Of a stretch of DNA of 45,213 nt, positions 1-10,259 are shown one piece after another. The translations under genes and the position numbers were made by a program. The stretch's first letter is position 1, and each line of letters begins with the position of its first letter. The stretch comes from an uncultured Lentimicrobiaceae bacterium. GTDB taxonomy: Bacteria > Bacteroidota > Bacteroidia > Bacteroidales > F082. The notes beneath the pieces are model-generated. The model searched no databases, was not told where the DNA came from, and worked only from the letters and a program-made list of their open reading frames with translations. The DNA lies in assembly GCA_964529695.1 (NCBI GenBank), contig CAZGZO010000002.1, positions 1 to 45,213 on the forward strand, written 5' to 3'.

Positions 1-505
1 AAAAAATTTTGGTTTTTTAAAAAGAAATTACAAATCTTTGGTACTGGTTTCTAAGAAAATATCAATAAACCCTGGAATGATAACAGATATTCTGAATATT
101 CACTTCATTTTATACCACAAGTTTGGTAAGGGCTTGTTTGAATGCTGGATTTATTGAATCTCCTATTATAATTGTCTGATAAATAGTTATTTAATGAGAT
201 ATTTTCATGAGTGTATTTGTAATATTTCGTGTTAATAGCATGCTCAGATAGTCCATTTTTTTAATTACCATAAAACATTCTGTTAGAATTTTTTCATGTT
301 GAAACGGCTTTTGTTTAAAATGAAATAATTTACATCCCGCTGTGGCAAAATACGCGTCAAACTTTACGCGGTGGCTATTCGCCATGCAGTGTTCGTTGTT
401 TTTCTACAGAAGAATTCCTGAGAATGGTAGGATTTTTTACCACCCAATGGACTTGTGAGAAATCATATTCTAAATTCAAATTACCAATTATAAAAAAGAA
501 ATAAT

Positions 506-2860
506 ATGAGAAAAATTACAGCTACTCTTTTAGGTCTGGTTATGCTTTTACTGATTTCAGCAACAGCTGTACAAGCACAGGGAACAAGGAAGGATTACCA
601 AAATGCAGAAAAATTTCTGTATTGTAATGTTCTGAAGCTTGTAAAGAATTGGGAGCTACGGCCAAACTGGATTCGTAAAACTGATGTATTCTGGTATCGA
701 ACTCAAACGAAAGACGGCTATAAATTCTTAACAGTAAACGCAAAAAATGGTCGCGTTACAGCAGCATTTAATCAGCAAAAATTAGCTGAGGCACTTTCCA
801 AGGCATTGAACAAGAAAATTAAACCCGATTCGATTCCCCTGGAACAGCTTGAATATTCAAAAAATCAGGACTCCATAACTTTTAAGATTAAGAAGAAGCG
901 CTTTAAATATGCACTGAAATCTGATAAGTTATTTAAAATCAAAAAGAAAGCAGGGTTGAAGAAGAATGAATCAAAATCTCCTGATGGTAAATGGATAGTC
1001 TTTGTTAAACAACACAATCTTTTTCTCCGTTCTACCGTGACAGGAAAAATAACTCAATTAACCAAAGACGGAATCAGAGATGATGACTATGCCAGTGCGA
1101 AATCATGGTATAAGTTAAGGGATGAATCCAAAGGATATGTTTATAATCCCACCATAGATGTTACCTGGTCCGGCGACAGTAAATACTTTGTAACTTTTAA
1201 AGAAGACAACAGGGGCGTGGGCCGGTTGTATCTCTACCAATCGATGCCCAAGACAGGGGTGAAAGCAAAAATCTGGTCTTACGAGCGTCCGCTGCCCGGT
1301 GAGAAAGCCCCGACGTGGAAGTACTATGTGTTTAATGTTCAGAATAAAACAAAGACCCCCATCCATGTGAAACCTTCTGCCACATTCTGTAATAATATCT
1401 CGGCAACCTGGACAAAAGATAATAAACAAATCTATTTTTCAAGATTTACAAGGGGTTACAAATCCTACGATTTGTTTTTTGCTGATCCTAAAACAGGAGA
1501 TGTTCATGTTGCTGTTCATGATACAGGAAGTCCGATGATTGATTCACAACTGGAATTTAATTATTTGGTTGGAAACGGGGCAGAGGTTATTGCTTCTTCT
1601 GAAAGGAGCGGTTGGAATCAGCTTTATCTGTTTAATGGAAAAACGGGCAAATTGATCAACCGGATTACAAACGGAGATTATGTTGTAAGAGGTATTAAAT
1701 ATGTAGATGAAAAAAAACACGTGATTTATTTTACGGCAGGAGGTAAGAAGCCGGGAATTGATCCTTATTTTAAATTTCTATATAGGGTTGATTTTAACGG
1801 GCATCACCTGAAATGTCTTACTCCGGAGGATGCTGATCATCGGGTGTCCATTTCTTCAAACGGGAAATATTTTGTAGATAATTATTCCCGGGTTGACCTG
1901 CCCACAGTAAGTGTTTTAAGGAGATCTTCAGACGGTAAGCTGATAAAAACTTTGCAAAAAGCAAACATCTCAGGGTTACTTGCTGCCGGTTGGAAATATC
2001 CGCAACGCTTTGTTGCAAAAGCCAGGGACGGGAAAACCAATATCTATGGCGTTATTTTCTATCCTTCAACCTTTAATCCGAACAAGAAATATCCTGTTTT
2101 AGACGATACTTATTCCGGTCCACAGGCCGTGAATACTCCAAAAAATTTCATTGGCGGGATATGGAATGATGCCCAATCATTGGCAGAAGTCGGGTTTATT
2201 GTGATAAAAGTGGACGGCCTGGGAACAGCTATGAGGTCTAAGAAGTTTCACGACTATTCGTACCACAATCTGGGTGATATCGGGTCACTTGATCACATTG
2301 CAGCCATCAAACAGCTGGCGAAGAAATACCATTTTATGGATACTACCCGGGTTGGCATATTTGGCTACTCGGCAGGCGGATATGATGCAGTTCATGCCAT
2401 GCTTATCCATCCTGAATTTTATAAAGTAGCCGTCGCTGGCTCTGGAAATCAGGACCAACGCATGGCAAAAGCCTGGTGGCCTGAGCAATATATGGGAATG
2501 CCTTATGGGTTTAATGGGAAATTGATGCCTGCAAACAAAAGATGGCCCCATCCGTTCAAAGGGAATCCAAAGGACTACTATATTAATCAATCCAATATTA
2601 AATTGGCCAACAACCTCCGTGGAAAATTGCTGCTTTGTTGTGGTGATATGGATAACAATGTAAACCCGGAATGTACCCTGCGAATGGCCGATCAATTGAT
2701 TCTGGATAATAAAGATTTCCAGATGTTGATTTTCCCAAATATGAATCATGGTAAACTTTGGGGAAATCTGTATTTCATTCGCAAAAGAATGGACTTTTTT
2801 GTAAAAAATCTATGGGGAATAACACCTCCGAAAGAGTTTTTGTTTAAAAAATTAAAATAA
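506..2860 (+). CDS. Exported S9 family (DPP IV-like) peptidase
   Basis: N-terminal signal peptide; DPP IV-type beta-propeller (SPDGKWIVFV); catalytic GYSAGG, GDMDNNV and PNMNHG motifs (Ser-Asp-His). Confidence 0.9.
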   Translation: MRKITATLLGLVMLLLISATAVQAQGTRKDYQNAEKFLYCNVLKLVKNWELRPNWIRKTDVFWYRTQTKDGYKFLTVNAKNGRVTAAFNQQKLAEALSKALNKKIKPDSIPLEQLEYSKNQDSITFKIKKKRFKYALKSDKLFKIKKKAGLKKNESKSPDGKWIVFVKQHNLFLRSTVTGKITQLTKDGIRDDDYASAKSWYKLRDESKGYVYNPTIDVTWSGDSKYFVTFKEDNRGVGRLYLYQSMPKTGVKAKIWSYERPLPGEKAPTWKYYVFNVQNKTKTPIHVKPSATFCNNISATWTKDNKQIYFSRFTRGYKSYDLFFADPKTGDVHVAVHDTGSPMIDSQLEFNYLVGNGAEVIASSERSGWNQLYLFNGKTGKLINRITNGDYVVRGIKYVDEKKHVIYFTAGGKKPGIDPYFKFLYRVDFNGHHLKCLTPEDADHRVSISSNGKYFVDNYSRVDLPTVSVLRRSSDGKLIKTLQKANISGLLAAGWKYPQRFVAKARDGKTNIYGVIFYPSTFNPNKKYPVLDDTYSGPQAVNTPKNFIGGIWNDAQSLAEVGFIVIKVDGLGTAMRSKKFHDYSYHNLGDIGSLDHIAAIKQLAKKYHFMDTTRVGIFGYSAGGYDAVHAMLIHPEFYKVAVAGSGNQDQRMAKAWWPEQYMGMPYGFNGKLMPANKRWPHPFKGNPKDYYINQSNIKLANNLRGKLLLCCGDMDNNVNPECTLRMADQLILDNKDFQMLIFPNMNHGKLWGNLYFIRKRMDFFVKNLWGITPPKEFLFKKLK

Positions 2861-2871
2861 ATTTTAAAGTT

Positions 2872-4263
2872 ATGTTTCAAAAAGATATATATGTCAGCCG
2901 TCGCCAGGCATTGAAAGAAAATTTTAAAGGCGATATTCTGCTTTTCCTTGGAAACGAGGAAAGCTCAATGAATTACCTGGATAATACCTATCATTTCAGA
3001 CAGGATAGTAGTTTTCTTTACTATTTTGGTATAGATCATCCCGGATTGTTCGGGATTATAGATACTGAAAATGGTAAGGATTATATTTTCGGCGATGATT
3101 TTACGATTGATGATATTGTATGGATGGGTTCCCAACCTAAAATAGCGGAGCGCAGCTTAGAATCCGGTGTTGAGAACACAGGCTCCTTAAAAGAATTATA
3201 CAATTTCATTGCAAAACAGGTTGAGTCAAAGCGTAAAATTCACTTCCTGCCTGCCTACAGACCCGAACATCAGATTAAACTTCATAATTTGCTTGGCTTG
3301 GATGTGAATGGCATAAACACTTATGCTTCTACCCAGTTGATTGTGGCAGTAGGTGAACAGCGCAACCTGAAATCTGCAGAAGAAATTGAGCAGTTGGAGG
3401 CTGCTGTTAATGTAACTGTTGATATGCACTTTGCTGCCATGCGTTATGCACGTCCTGGTATGACGGAAGCCCAAGTGGCTGCCAGGGTGCGTGAAGTGGC
3501 ATTAGCTGCAGGTGGCGAGCTTTCATTTCCTACGATTGCTACAATCAACGGGCAAACGCTTCACAATCATTATCATGGAAATGTGTTAAAAGAAGGTGAT
3601 ATGCTGCTTTTGGATGCAGGAGCGGAAAATGGTCTGCACTATGCCGGCGATATGTCGAGTACATTCCCGGTTTCTCAAAAATTCACAACCCGCCAAAAAG
3701 AGATTTACCAAATTGCACTGGATGCCCACGAAGCAGCTATCGCAAAGCTGAAACCTGGCATCAATTTCAAGGAAGTCCATTTTGAAGCTGCCCGGACATT
3801 GTTTAATGGATTGAAAGAAATGGGATTTGTAAAAGGTGATACAGAAGAAGCAATTCAGGCCGGGGCACACGCTTTGTTTTTCCCTTGCGGAACTGGCCAT
3901 TTGATGGGACTTGATGTTCATGATATGGAAAACCTGGGTGAAAAATATGTTGGATACGGCGGCAAAGAAAAAAGTACGTTGTTTGGAATAAAATCCCTTC
4001 GATTAGGGCGTGAGCTAAAACCCGGTTATGTGCTTACTATTGAACCAGGCATCTATTTTATTCCGGAACTGATTGATCTATGGAAATCACAGAATAAATT
4101 CTCTGAATTCATTAATTATGAGAAAGTTGAATCGTATAAGGATTTTAGCGGCGTTAGAAATGAAGAAGATTTTCTTATCACGGAGGATGGCTGCAAATTA
4201 TTGGGAAAACGATTGGCAAAGACGATAGAAGAGGTTGAAACGGAACGGGCCAAGGCATTTTAA
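2872..4263 (+). CDS. Xaa-Pro aminopeptidase (M24B, AMP_N type)
   Basis: FRQDSSFLYYFG N-domain; metal ligands in LLDAGA, YAGDMS, GHLMGLDVHD, TIEPGIY, RNEED. Confidence 0.92.
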   Translation: MFQKDIYVSRRQALKENFKGDILLFLGNEESSMNYLDNTYHFRQDSSFLYYFGIDHPGLFGIIDTENGKDYIFGDDFTIDDIVWMGSQPKIAERSLESGVENTGSLKELYNFIAKQVESKRKIHFLPAYRPEHQIKLHNLLGLDVNGINTYASTQLIVAVGEQRNLKSAEEIEQLEAAVNVTVDMHFAAMRYARPGMTEAQVAARVREVALAAGGELSFPTIATINGQTLHNHYHGNVLKEGDMLLLDAGAENGLHYAGDMSSTFPVSQKFTTRQKEIYQIALDAHEAAIAKLKPGINFKEVHFEAARTLFNGLKEMGFVKGDTEEAIQAGAHALFFPCGTGHLMGLDVHDMENLGEKYVGYGGKEKSTLFGIKSLRLGRELKPGYVLTIEPGIYFIPELIDLWKSQNKFSEFINYEKVESYKDFSGVRNEEDFLITEDGCKLLGKRLAKTIEEVETERAKAF

Positions 4264-4375
4264 GCACAAAGGAAGGCCTTGGCAAAACATCTTCTTTATT
4301 GTTTCGATTTAGTCTTGGAGAAGGGTCATTAAGAATTCAGCTTTTTTCTAGTTTTGCTAAGGCCTTGCCTTTTGC
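4264..4375. repeat. Long imperfect inverted repeat between the two aminopeptidase genes
   Basis: GCACAAAGGAAGGCCTTGGCAAAAC (4264-4288) pairs with GTTTTGCTAAGGCCTTGCCTTTTGC (4351-4375) around a 62-nt spacer. Confidence 0.7.
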
Positions 4376-4411
4376 ATTTTATAAAATGGACAATTTAAAT
4401 AAGTAATTAAA

Positions 4412-6196
4412 ATGAGTAATTCAATTAAAGACAGAATCAGTGCTCTCAGGGCAAAAATGGAAGAAAATAAGTTGGATGCCTATGTCGTCTTTGGAACAGA
4501 TCCGCACATGAGTGAGTATCTGCCTGAAAGATGGCAGACGCGGGCATTTATCAGCGGTTTTACCGGCTCTTACGGAATGGTCGTCGTGGGACGGAATAAA
4601 GCTGCGCTCTGGACCGATTCCCGTTATTTTTTACAGGCGGAAGAACAGCTTTCAGGAACCGGAATAGAAATGATGAAATTACGTGTTCCGGATGCCGTGG
4701 GCCCGGCAGCCTGGTTGAAAATGAATCTTGATAAGGGAGCCAAAGTAGGAACCGATGCCTGGTGTGTTTCTGTCAACCAGTTCAGGCAAATGAAAAAGGA
4801 TTTGGAAGAAGTTTCCATTGAACTGGTGGAATCTGGTGACTTGTTGAATGATTTTTGGCCGGATCGCCCGGGGTTGCCGGAGGCTCCGATCTTTGAACAT
4901 GAAATTCAATTTGCAGTTGTTGACAGAAAAGCAAAAATCAATGCTGTCTGCGATGAGCTCGAAAAAGCCGGGGCCAATATGCAGATTATTACTGCGCTTG
5001 ATGATTTGGCATGGACGCTGAATCTTCGCGGAAGCGACGTAGAATGTAACCCGGTTTTTGTAGGATATGGATGCGTGTCCAGAGACAAAATAGTACTGTT
5101 TACTGATATTCGGAAGATTTCAAAGGAGTTGCAGGGTAAGTTAGAAGCCGAGGGGATTGAGATAAAAGCTTACGAAGATGTCGAAGATTTTGTTCTGCAT
5201 TTACCGGGTACTACAAAAGTATTGGTGGATGCCGATCGCACCAGTCAGGCCGTTAGGAAATGTATTCCAGAACAATGTCAAATTATTGAAGGGCTGTCAG
5301 TACCTACCAGATTGAAGGCAATTAAGACTGAAAAAGAAATAGCAAATATCAGGAATGCCATGCGCAAAGATGGTGTTGCCATGCTTGAATTCTTGTACTG
5401 GCTGGAAAACAATGTGGGAAAAGAAGCGGTCAATGAGTTTCAGGTTGCTGAGAAACTGAATGAACTCAGGTCGAAACAACAGGGATTTAAAGGCATTAGT
5501 TTTTATCCTATCGTTGGTTATAAAGAACATGGAGCCATTGTACATCTTCATGTTACAGAAGAAATTGCCTTGCAGATTGGAAAGGACGGGTTTTTACTGT
5601 TTGATTCCGGTGGGCAGTATAGTGATGGCACAACAGATATTACCCGGACGGTGGCACTTTCGGAGTTGACACAACGTCAGAAGTCAGACTTTACTAAGGT
5701 GCTCAAGGGAATGATTGACTTGACTCTGGCAAAATTTCCAGAGAATACCCGCGGTTATCATTTGGATATTCTGGCGCGACATGCGCTGTGGCAGCAGGGT
5801 TTGAATTATGGTCATGGAACTGGACACGGCGTTGGATATTTCCTCAACGTTCACGAAGGCCCAATGAGCATTCGACAGGAATTTAACGACAGGGTTATCG
5901 AAGCCGGGATGGTGATGTCTAACGAACCCGGTCTTTACCGTGAGGGAGAATATGGTTTGAGAACAGAAAATGTGATGGTTTGTGTGAAAGATGAATCGAC
6001 GGAATTTGGGAATTTTCTGCGTTTTGAAACACTGACGGTTTGCCCGATTGATACCAATGCCATCGAAAAGAGTCAGTTGACTCCGGTAGAAATTGATTGG
6101 ATAAATCATTATCATCGTTGGGTTTACGATGAACTTTCTCCTCTTGTAAATAATGAATTGAAAGCCTATTTGAAGGGGCTTACAAAAGAGATTTAA
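4412..6196 (+). CDS. Xaa-Pro aminopeptidase (M24B, creatinase-N/XPNPEP1 type)
   Basis: DPHMSEY, SGFTGS, LWTDSRY, DSGGQY, GTTDITRT, HGTGHGVG, VHEGP, SNEPG motifs. Confidence 0.93.
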   Translation: MSNSIKDRISALRAKMEENKLDAYVVFGTDPHMSEYLPERWQTRAFISGFTGSYGMVVVGRNKAALWTDSRYFLQAEEQLSGTGIEMMKLRVPDAVGPAAWLKMNLDKGAKVGTDAWCVSVNQFRQMKKDLEEVSIELVESGDLLNDFWPDRPGLPEAPIFEHEIQFAVVDRKAKINAVCDELEKAGANMQIITALDDLAWTLNLRGSDVECNPVFVGYGCVSRDKIVLFTDIRKISKELQGKLEAEGIEIKAYEDVEDFVLHLPGTTKVLVDADRTSQAVRKCIPEQCQIIEGLSVPTRLKAIKTEKEIANIRNAMRKDGVAMLEFLYWLENNVGKEAVNEFQVAEKLNELRSKQQGFKGISFYPIVGYKEHGAIVHLHVTEEIALQIGKDGFLLFDSGGQYSDGTTDITRTVALSELTQRQKSDFTKVLKGMIDLTLAKFPENTRGYHLDILARHALWQQGLNYGHGTGHGVGYFLNVHEGPMSIRQEFNDRVIEAGMVMSNEPGLYREGEYGLRTENVMVCVKDESTEFGNFLRFETLTVCPIDTNAIEKSQLTPVEIDWINHYHRWVYDELSPLVNNELKAYLKGLTKEI

Positions 6197-6238
6197 ATAG
6201 AAAAAGTGGTTGTGTCAAGCGACCTTAAATATATATTT

Positions 6239-8902
6239 ATGAAAAAGTTTTGCGCCGTGTTAGTCCTGTTTTTGATCGCAACAACAGGGTTGATTGCTCA
6301 AAGTTCGTTGAGTAATAATTTCTTAAATAATTTTCATTTTCGTAATCTGGGGCCGTTCAGAACCGGTTCTTGGATTTCCTGCATCGCGGTTCCGTTGAAT
6401 AATGGCAAGCCGTTGGATCATACATTTTATGTAGGGAGCAGAAATGGAGGCGTTTGGAAAACTGTAAACAACGGGACTACTTTTACGCCTGTTTTTGATA
6501 GTGTGGGTTCCGGCAGCATTGGTGCTATTGCAGTGGCTCCTTCCAATCCAAACATTGTTTGGGTGGGAACCGGAGAATCTTTCGGCGCCCGGTATTCTTA
6601 CAGTGGAAAAGGAATTTTTAAATCGACCAATGCCGGTAAAACCTGGCAAGATATGGGGTTGAAGGACTCGCAACACATTGCAGCAATTCAAATTGACCCA
6701 ACTAATCCTAATGTGGTTTACGCAGCTGTGATGGGGCACTTGTTTACACCCAATGCCCAACGCGGTATTTTCAAGACGGTTGATGGAGGTAAACACTGGA
6801 AGAAAGTGTTGTATATAAATGATAGTACGGGATTTATCGATCTGAAAATGGATCCGAAAAATCCAAAGGTGTTGTATGCGGCTGCCTATCAGAAAACAAG
6901 GCTCCCCTGGACTTTTATAGGAATCGGGAAAAATAGCGGAATCTATAAAACATCTGATGCCGGACGGCATTGGAAAAAACTTACCAACGGACTTCCTAAA
7001 GGAAAGTTGGGACGTATCGGTCTGACAATATTCCCCAAAAATCCTAAAATCATTTATGCAGTGATTAGGTCGCAAAATTTCCTTCATGAGAAAGAATATG
7101 AAAAAACAATCAACCCCAATTTGAAACCAATAGGTGAAGGGATTTGGGACAATGTTTATAAAAGTATCGATGGTGGCCGTCACTGGATGAAAACAAATAA
7201 TGATACTACAAACATCTCAGACAAAGCACCTTACTCATTCAATAAAATATTTGTTGACCCCGACAACGAAAACCGGATTTACGTGTTGTCGGAAACCATG
7301 CCTTATTCGAATGACGGAGGCAAGACGTGGCATTATCTGAAAGATGGACAGACCTCTTTTCTTCCCAATGTGTTTGGTGATTTTCGTTGTATGTGGATAG
7401 ATCCTTCTGACCCGAAACACCTGATCATTGGAAGTGATGGAGGATTGTATGTCAGTTGGGATAAAGGAAAAACGGCGGACCATTATTTTAATATCCCTTT
7501 GGGTGAAGTGTATAACGTTGCATACGATATGCAAAAACCTTATAATGTGTACTCTGGTCTTCAGGATCATGAAGCCTGGAAAGGCCCCAGCAACAGTTGG
7601 AAAGGTGAAATTGATGAACTTGATTGGGCTTTGGTTGGTAAATGGGATGGTATGTATGTGGCTGTTGATACCACCAATAACCGTTGGATTTATACCACAA
7701 CGCAGTTCGGGTTGCCTGTCCGGGATGATCAGGCAAATAGTACCAGGAAAGATATCACCCCGAAAGCTCCTGCAGGTCAGCCCAAATATCGTTTTTGTTG
7801 GGATACACCGCTGATAATTTCTCCTCATGATTCAAAAATGATTTTTATAGGAGCACAAAAGCTATTACAATCTACAGATCGTGGGAACCACTGGAAAGCG
7901 ATTACGCCTGATTTGACTACAGATAATCCAAAAAAGATTCACGGACAAGGCTTTATGCATTATTGCACCATCACCACCATTTCAGAGTCCCCTGTAAAAG
8001 CCGGGTTAATTTGGGTAGGAACTGACGACGGCCGTGTCTGGCTTCTTCGTGATTTTGGGAAGAAACTGGAGAATATGACTCAAAAGATTGCGGCGGTTGG
8101 CGGTCCAACAAATCGTTGGGTGAGCCGGGTTTATGCTTCCCATTTCTCTGCAAATACGGCTTATGTGACGAAAAACGGTTTCAAACGCGATGATTTTAAA
8201 CCTTATGTTTTCAAAACTACGGATGGCGGTAAAACATGGCAGAATATCTCAAAAGGATTGCCTGATGAACCTGTCAATGTTATTATTGAAGATCATAAAA
8301 ATCCTAATCTGCTTTTTGTAGGTGACGACAGGGGAATTTTTTTCAGCTTGAACGGGGGGCAGAGCTGGATTCCATTAAAAGGAAACATGCCCACCGTACC
8401 GGTTAAAGATTTGAAAATTCAACCACGGGAGAATGATTTGATAGCAGGAACTTATGGGCGTGGAATGTGGATTACCCCGATTTCCGTTCTTCAACAAATG
8501 ACTCCGAAAATCCTTAAAGAAAAAATGCACCTGTTTGATATTCAGCCTAAACCTGCAAGAAATTATTCGCAGGCAGAATTTTGGGGAAATACGCAGCTGA
8601 TGGGTGACCGGCATATTTTTACACCCAACGAACCTAATGGACTGCGTATTAATTATTGTTTGGGAAAACCGATTACCGGGGCTTTATCGGTAGAGGTTTA
8701 CAACAAAAACGGCAAAGAGATGGCAAAGCTGAAAGCTTCTACTTCCAAAGGATTACATCATGTACAGTGGAATACCTGTCGTGCAAAACCGGGGATTTAC
8801 AGGATTGTATTGAAGTCAGCAACAGATAGTATTTGCAAAAGGGCTACGGTTGAACCTGCTTTGGTATATTCAGTGCAGAATTATCGGCCTGAAAAACAAT
8901 AA
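6239..8902 (+). CDS. Exported BNR/Asp-box (VPS10/sortilin-like) beta-propeller protein, glycosyl-hydrolase-like
   Basis: Signal peptide from ATG 6239; repeated S/TxDGGxxW Asp-boxes; RNLGP, GGVWKT and GTYGRG motifs. Confidence 0.85.
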   Translation: MKKFCAVLVLFLIATTGLIAQSSLSNNFLNNFHFRNLGPFRTGSWISCIAVPLNNGKPLDHTFYVGSRNGGVWKTVNNGTTFTPVFDSVGSGSIGAIAVAPSNPNIVWVGTGESFGARYSYSGKGIFKSTNAGKTWQDMGLKDSQHIAAIQIDPTNPNVVYAAVMGHLFTPNAQRGIFKTVDGGKHWKKVLYINDSTGFIDLKMDPKNPKVLYAAAYQKTRLPWTFIGIGKNSGIYKTSDAGRHWKKLTNGLPKGKLGRIGLTIFPKNPKIIYAVIRSQNFLHEKEYEKTINPNLKPIGEGIWDNVYKSIDGGRHWMKTNNDTTNISDKAPYSFNKIFVDPDNENRIYVLSETMPYSNDGGKTWHYLKDGQTSFLPNVFGDFRCMWIDPSDPKHLIIGSDGGLYVSWDKGKTADHYFNIPLGEVYNVAYDMQKPYNVYSGLQDHEAWKGPSNSWKGEIDELDWALVGKWDGMYVAVDTTNNRWIYTTTQFGLPVRDDQANSTRKDITPKAPAGQPKYRFCWDTPLIISPHDSKMIFIGAQKLLQSTDRGNHWKAITPDLTTDNPKKIHGQGFMHYCTITTISESPVKAGLIWVGTDDGRVWLLRDFGKKLENMTQKIAAVGGPTNRWVSRVYASHFSANTAYVTKNGFKRDDFKPYVFKTTDGGKTWQNISKGLPDEPVNVIIEDHKNPNLLFVGDDRGIFFSLNGGQSWIPLKGNMPTVPVKDLKIQPRENDLIAGTYGRGMWITPISVLQQMTPKILKEKMHLFDIQPKPARNYSQAEFWGNTQLMGDRHIFTPNEPNGLRINYCLGKPITGALSVEVYNKNGKEMAKLKASTSKGLHHVQWNTCRAKPGIYRIVLKSATDSICKRATVEPALVYSVQNYRPEKQ

Positions 8903-9059
8903 AGTATTTTCATTAGAATAAAATAACGTGAGTTCGATATAAGAAATGCATGAAAACACAAAATCCTATCACTTCTGAATGAATGACAACAATCTTTCTC
9001 AATCTATTCTTACAAAAAGCCTTTGAGATTACATGAAATGAGTTAAAAGAGAGATTAGA

Positions 9060-9204
9060 TTGGGCTAAAGCCAGTAGAGCGTTTTCCCTCGTGACGGGCA
9101 TTTATGCCCGTCTTAGTTATCTATTTATCAGGCAGTAAGTGTATTGATCACTAAGCCCGGCATTCCTGACTGCCGTCAGGAAAGAGAGTCGGGCTTTAAC
9201 CCAA
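9060..9204. repeat. Composite REP/MITE-like palindromic element
   Basis: Terminal inverted repeats TTGGGCTAAAGCC (9060-9072) and GGCTTTAACCCAA (9192-9204); internal palindromes GACGGGCAT-TT-ATGCCCGTC (9093-9112) and TTCCTGAC-TGCC-GTCAGGAA (9163-9182). Confidence 0.65.
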
Positions 9205-9233
9205 ATAAAATTATATCGAATTCACGTTAAATA

Positions 9234-10109
9234 TTACTTTCTGCTCTGCAATAAATTCTTCCGGTACTCTTTTGGCGGCATCCCCATGAGGGCTTTGAAC
9301 TGTCGGTTAAAGTTCGAAAGATTGTTGAATCCCGAAGCAAAGCAAATGGATGATACAGAATTATTTGAGTCCTGTAACATTTTGCAGGCATGCCCAATTC
9401 TGATTTCATTAAGAAAACGTGTGTAGCTTTTTCGGGTGTGTTTTTTAAAATACCTGCAGAACGACTGAGGTGTGAGGTTTGCTAATCCTGCCACCTGCTC
9501 AATGGAGATAGGGTTTGCATATTCCTTGAGCGTAAACTGGTAAATGGAGTTAATTCGTTTTCCTTCCTTCTCGTTCAATTCTTTTTTAAGAACCGATGAG
9601 GATAACAAGGTGTAATGACGGCACGTAATTATTTTCTCAAGCAAATTAAATAGAACAACCAGTTTTGAGAATCCTTCCGAACTTTGAAATGCATTGATTA
9701 ATGGCAATAATGTTTTTGATTCAGCTTTGTCAAGCAATATTCCCCTTTCACTCACCGTGAAGAAATTGTTGAGCAAGGCAACTTCAGGCATCGACATAAA
9801 AGCCTCACCGAACATGTTTTTGGGTAAGAAAAGTGAGATACAATGGGCTTTCAACCCTTGTTCTCCATCAAAATATTCAGGATCGTTTTTGAAAACATGG
9901 GGTTGGTTTGAACCGATGATGATCATGTCTCCCGGACCGAATGTTCCAATGTGATCACCGGCAACAAGCGTTCCGGTACTCTCCTTGATGTAAGTTATCT
10001 GTATTTCAGGATGCGTGTGCAACTCGCCATAAAAATGAGATTCATTCTCTATCTGAACCAGGAAAGACTCATCATCAGTTTTATAAACATTAAATGGAAG
10101 TACCTTCAT
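9234..10109 (-). CDS. AraC family transcriptional regulator (cupin plus HTH), probable regulator of the hydroxyproline operon
   Basis: LHTHPEIQI cupin; C-terminal FCRYFKK...SGFNNLSNFNRQFK...GMPPKEYR; divergent from the operon. Confidence 0.92.
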   Translation of the reverse strand: MKVLPFNVYKTDDESFLVQIENESHFYGELHTHPEIQITYIKESTGTLVAGDHIGTFGPGDMIIIGSNQPHVFKNDPEYFDGEQGLKAHCISLFLPKNMFGEAFMSMPEVALLNNFFTVSERGILLDKAESKTLLPLINAFQSSEGFSKLVVLFNLLEKIITCRHYTLLSSSVLKKELNEKEGKRINSIYQFTLKEYANPISIEQVAGLANLTPQSFCRYFKKHTRKSYTRFLNEIRIGHACKMLQDSNNSVSSICFASGFNNLSNFNRQFKALMGMPPKEYRKNLLQSRK

Positions 10110-10142
10110 GTTGTATATTATCTTCTATTAAAATTTGAGTTG

Positions 10143-10216
10143 CAAAAATAGGTTAAAAAAGTATCATTTTTGGATAATTCTTGCGTCGATTTTCGTCTTT
10201 AAGCTTCATATTTTTG
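10143..10216. promoter_or_regulatory. Divergent Bacteroidota sigma-A -7 boxes for araC and the hydroxyproline operon
   Basis: CAAAAATA at 10143-10150 (TATTTTTG on the minus strand) and TATTTTTG at 10209-10216 both match TAnnTTTG. Confidence 0.55.
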
Positions 10217-10259
10217 TTTAGACGAATTCTAAATAAAATACAAAACTAAAGTTGATACA

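Noticed and set aside
191-385. 64-aa minus-strand ORF
   Set aside because: No motif; it overlaps the probable promoter and leader of the peptidase gene.
405-440. TPP riboswitch suggested by CTGAGA
   Set aside because: The other conserved TPP elements are missing and the downstream gene is unrelated to thiamine.
6323-7828. Long antisense ORFs (286 and 197 aa) inside the BNR gene
   Set aside because: No recognisable motifs; they shadow a well-supported plus-strand gene. The same applies to 11191-11844 and the other short nested ORFs.
8913-9101. 62-aa ORF in the intergenic region
   Set aside because: It starts inside the palindromic repeat and has no domain features.
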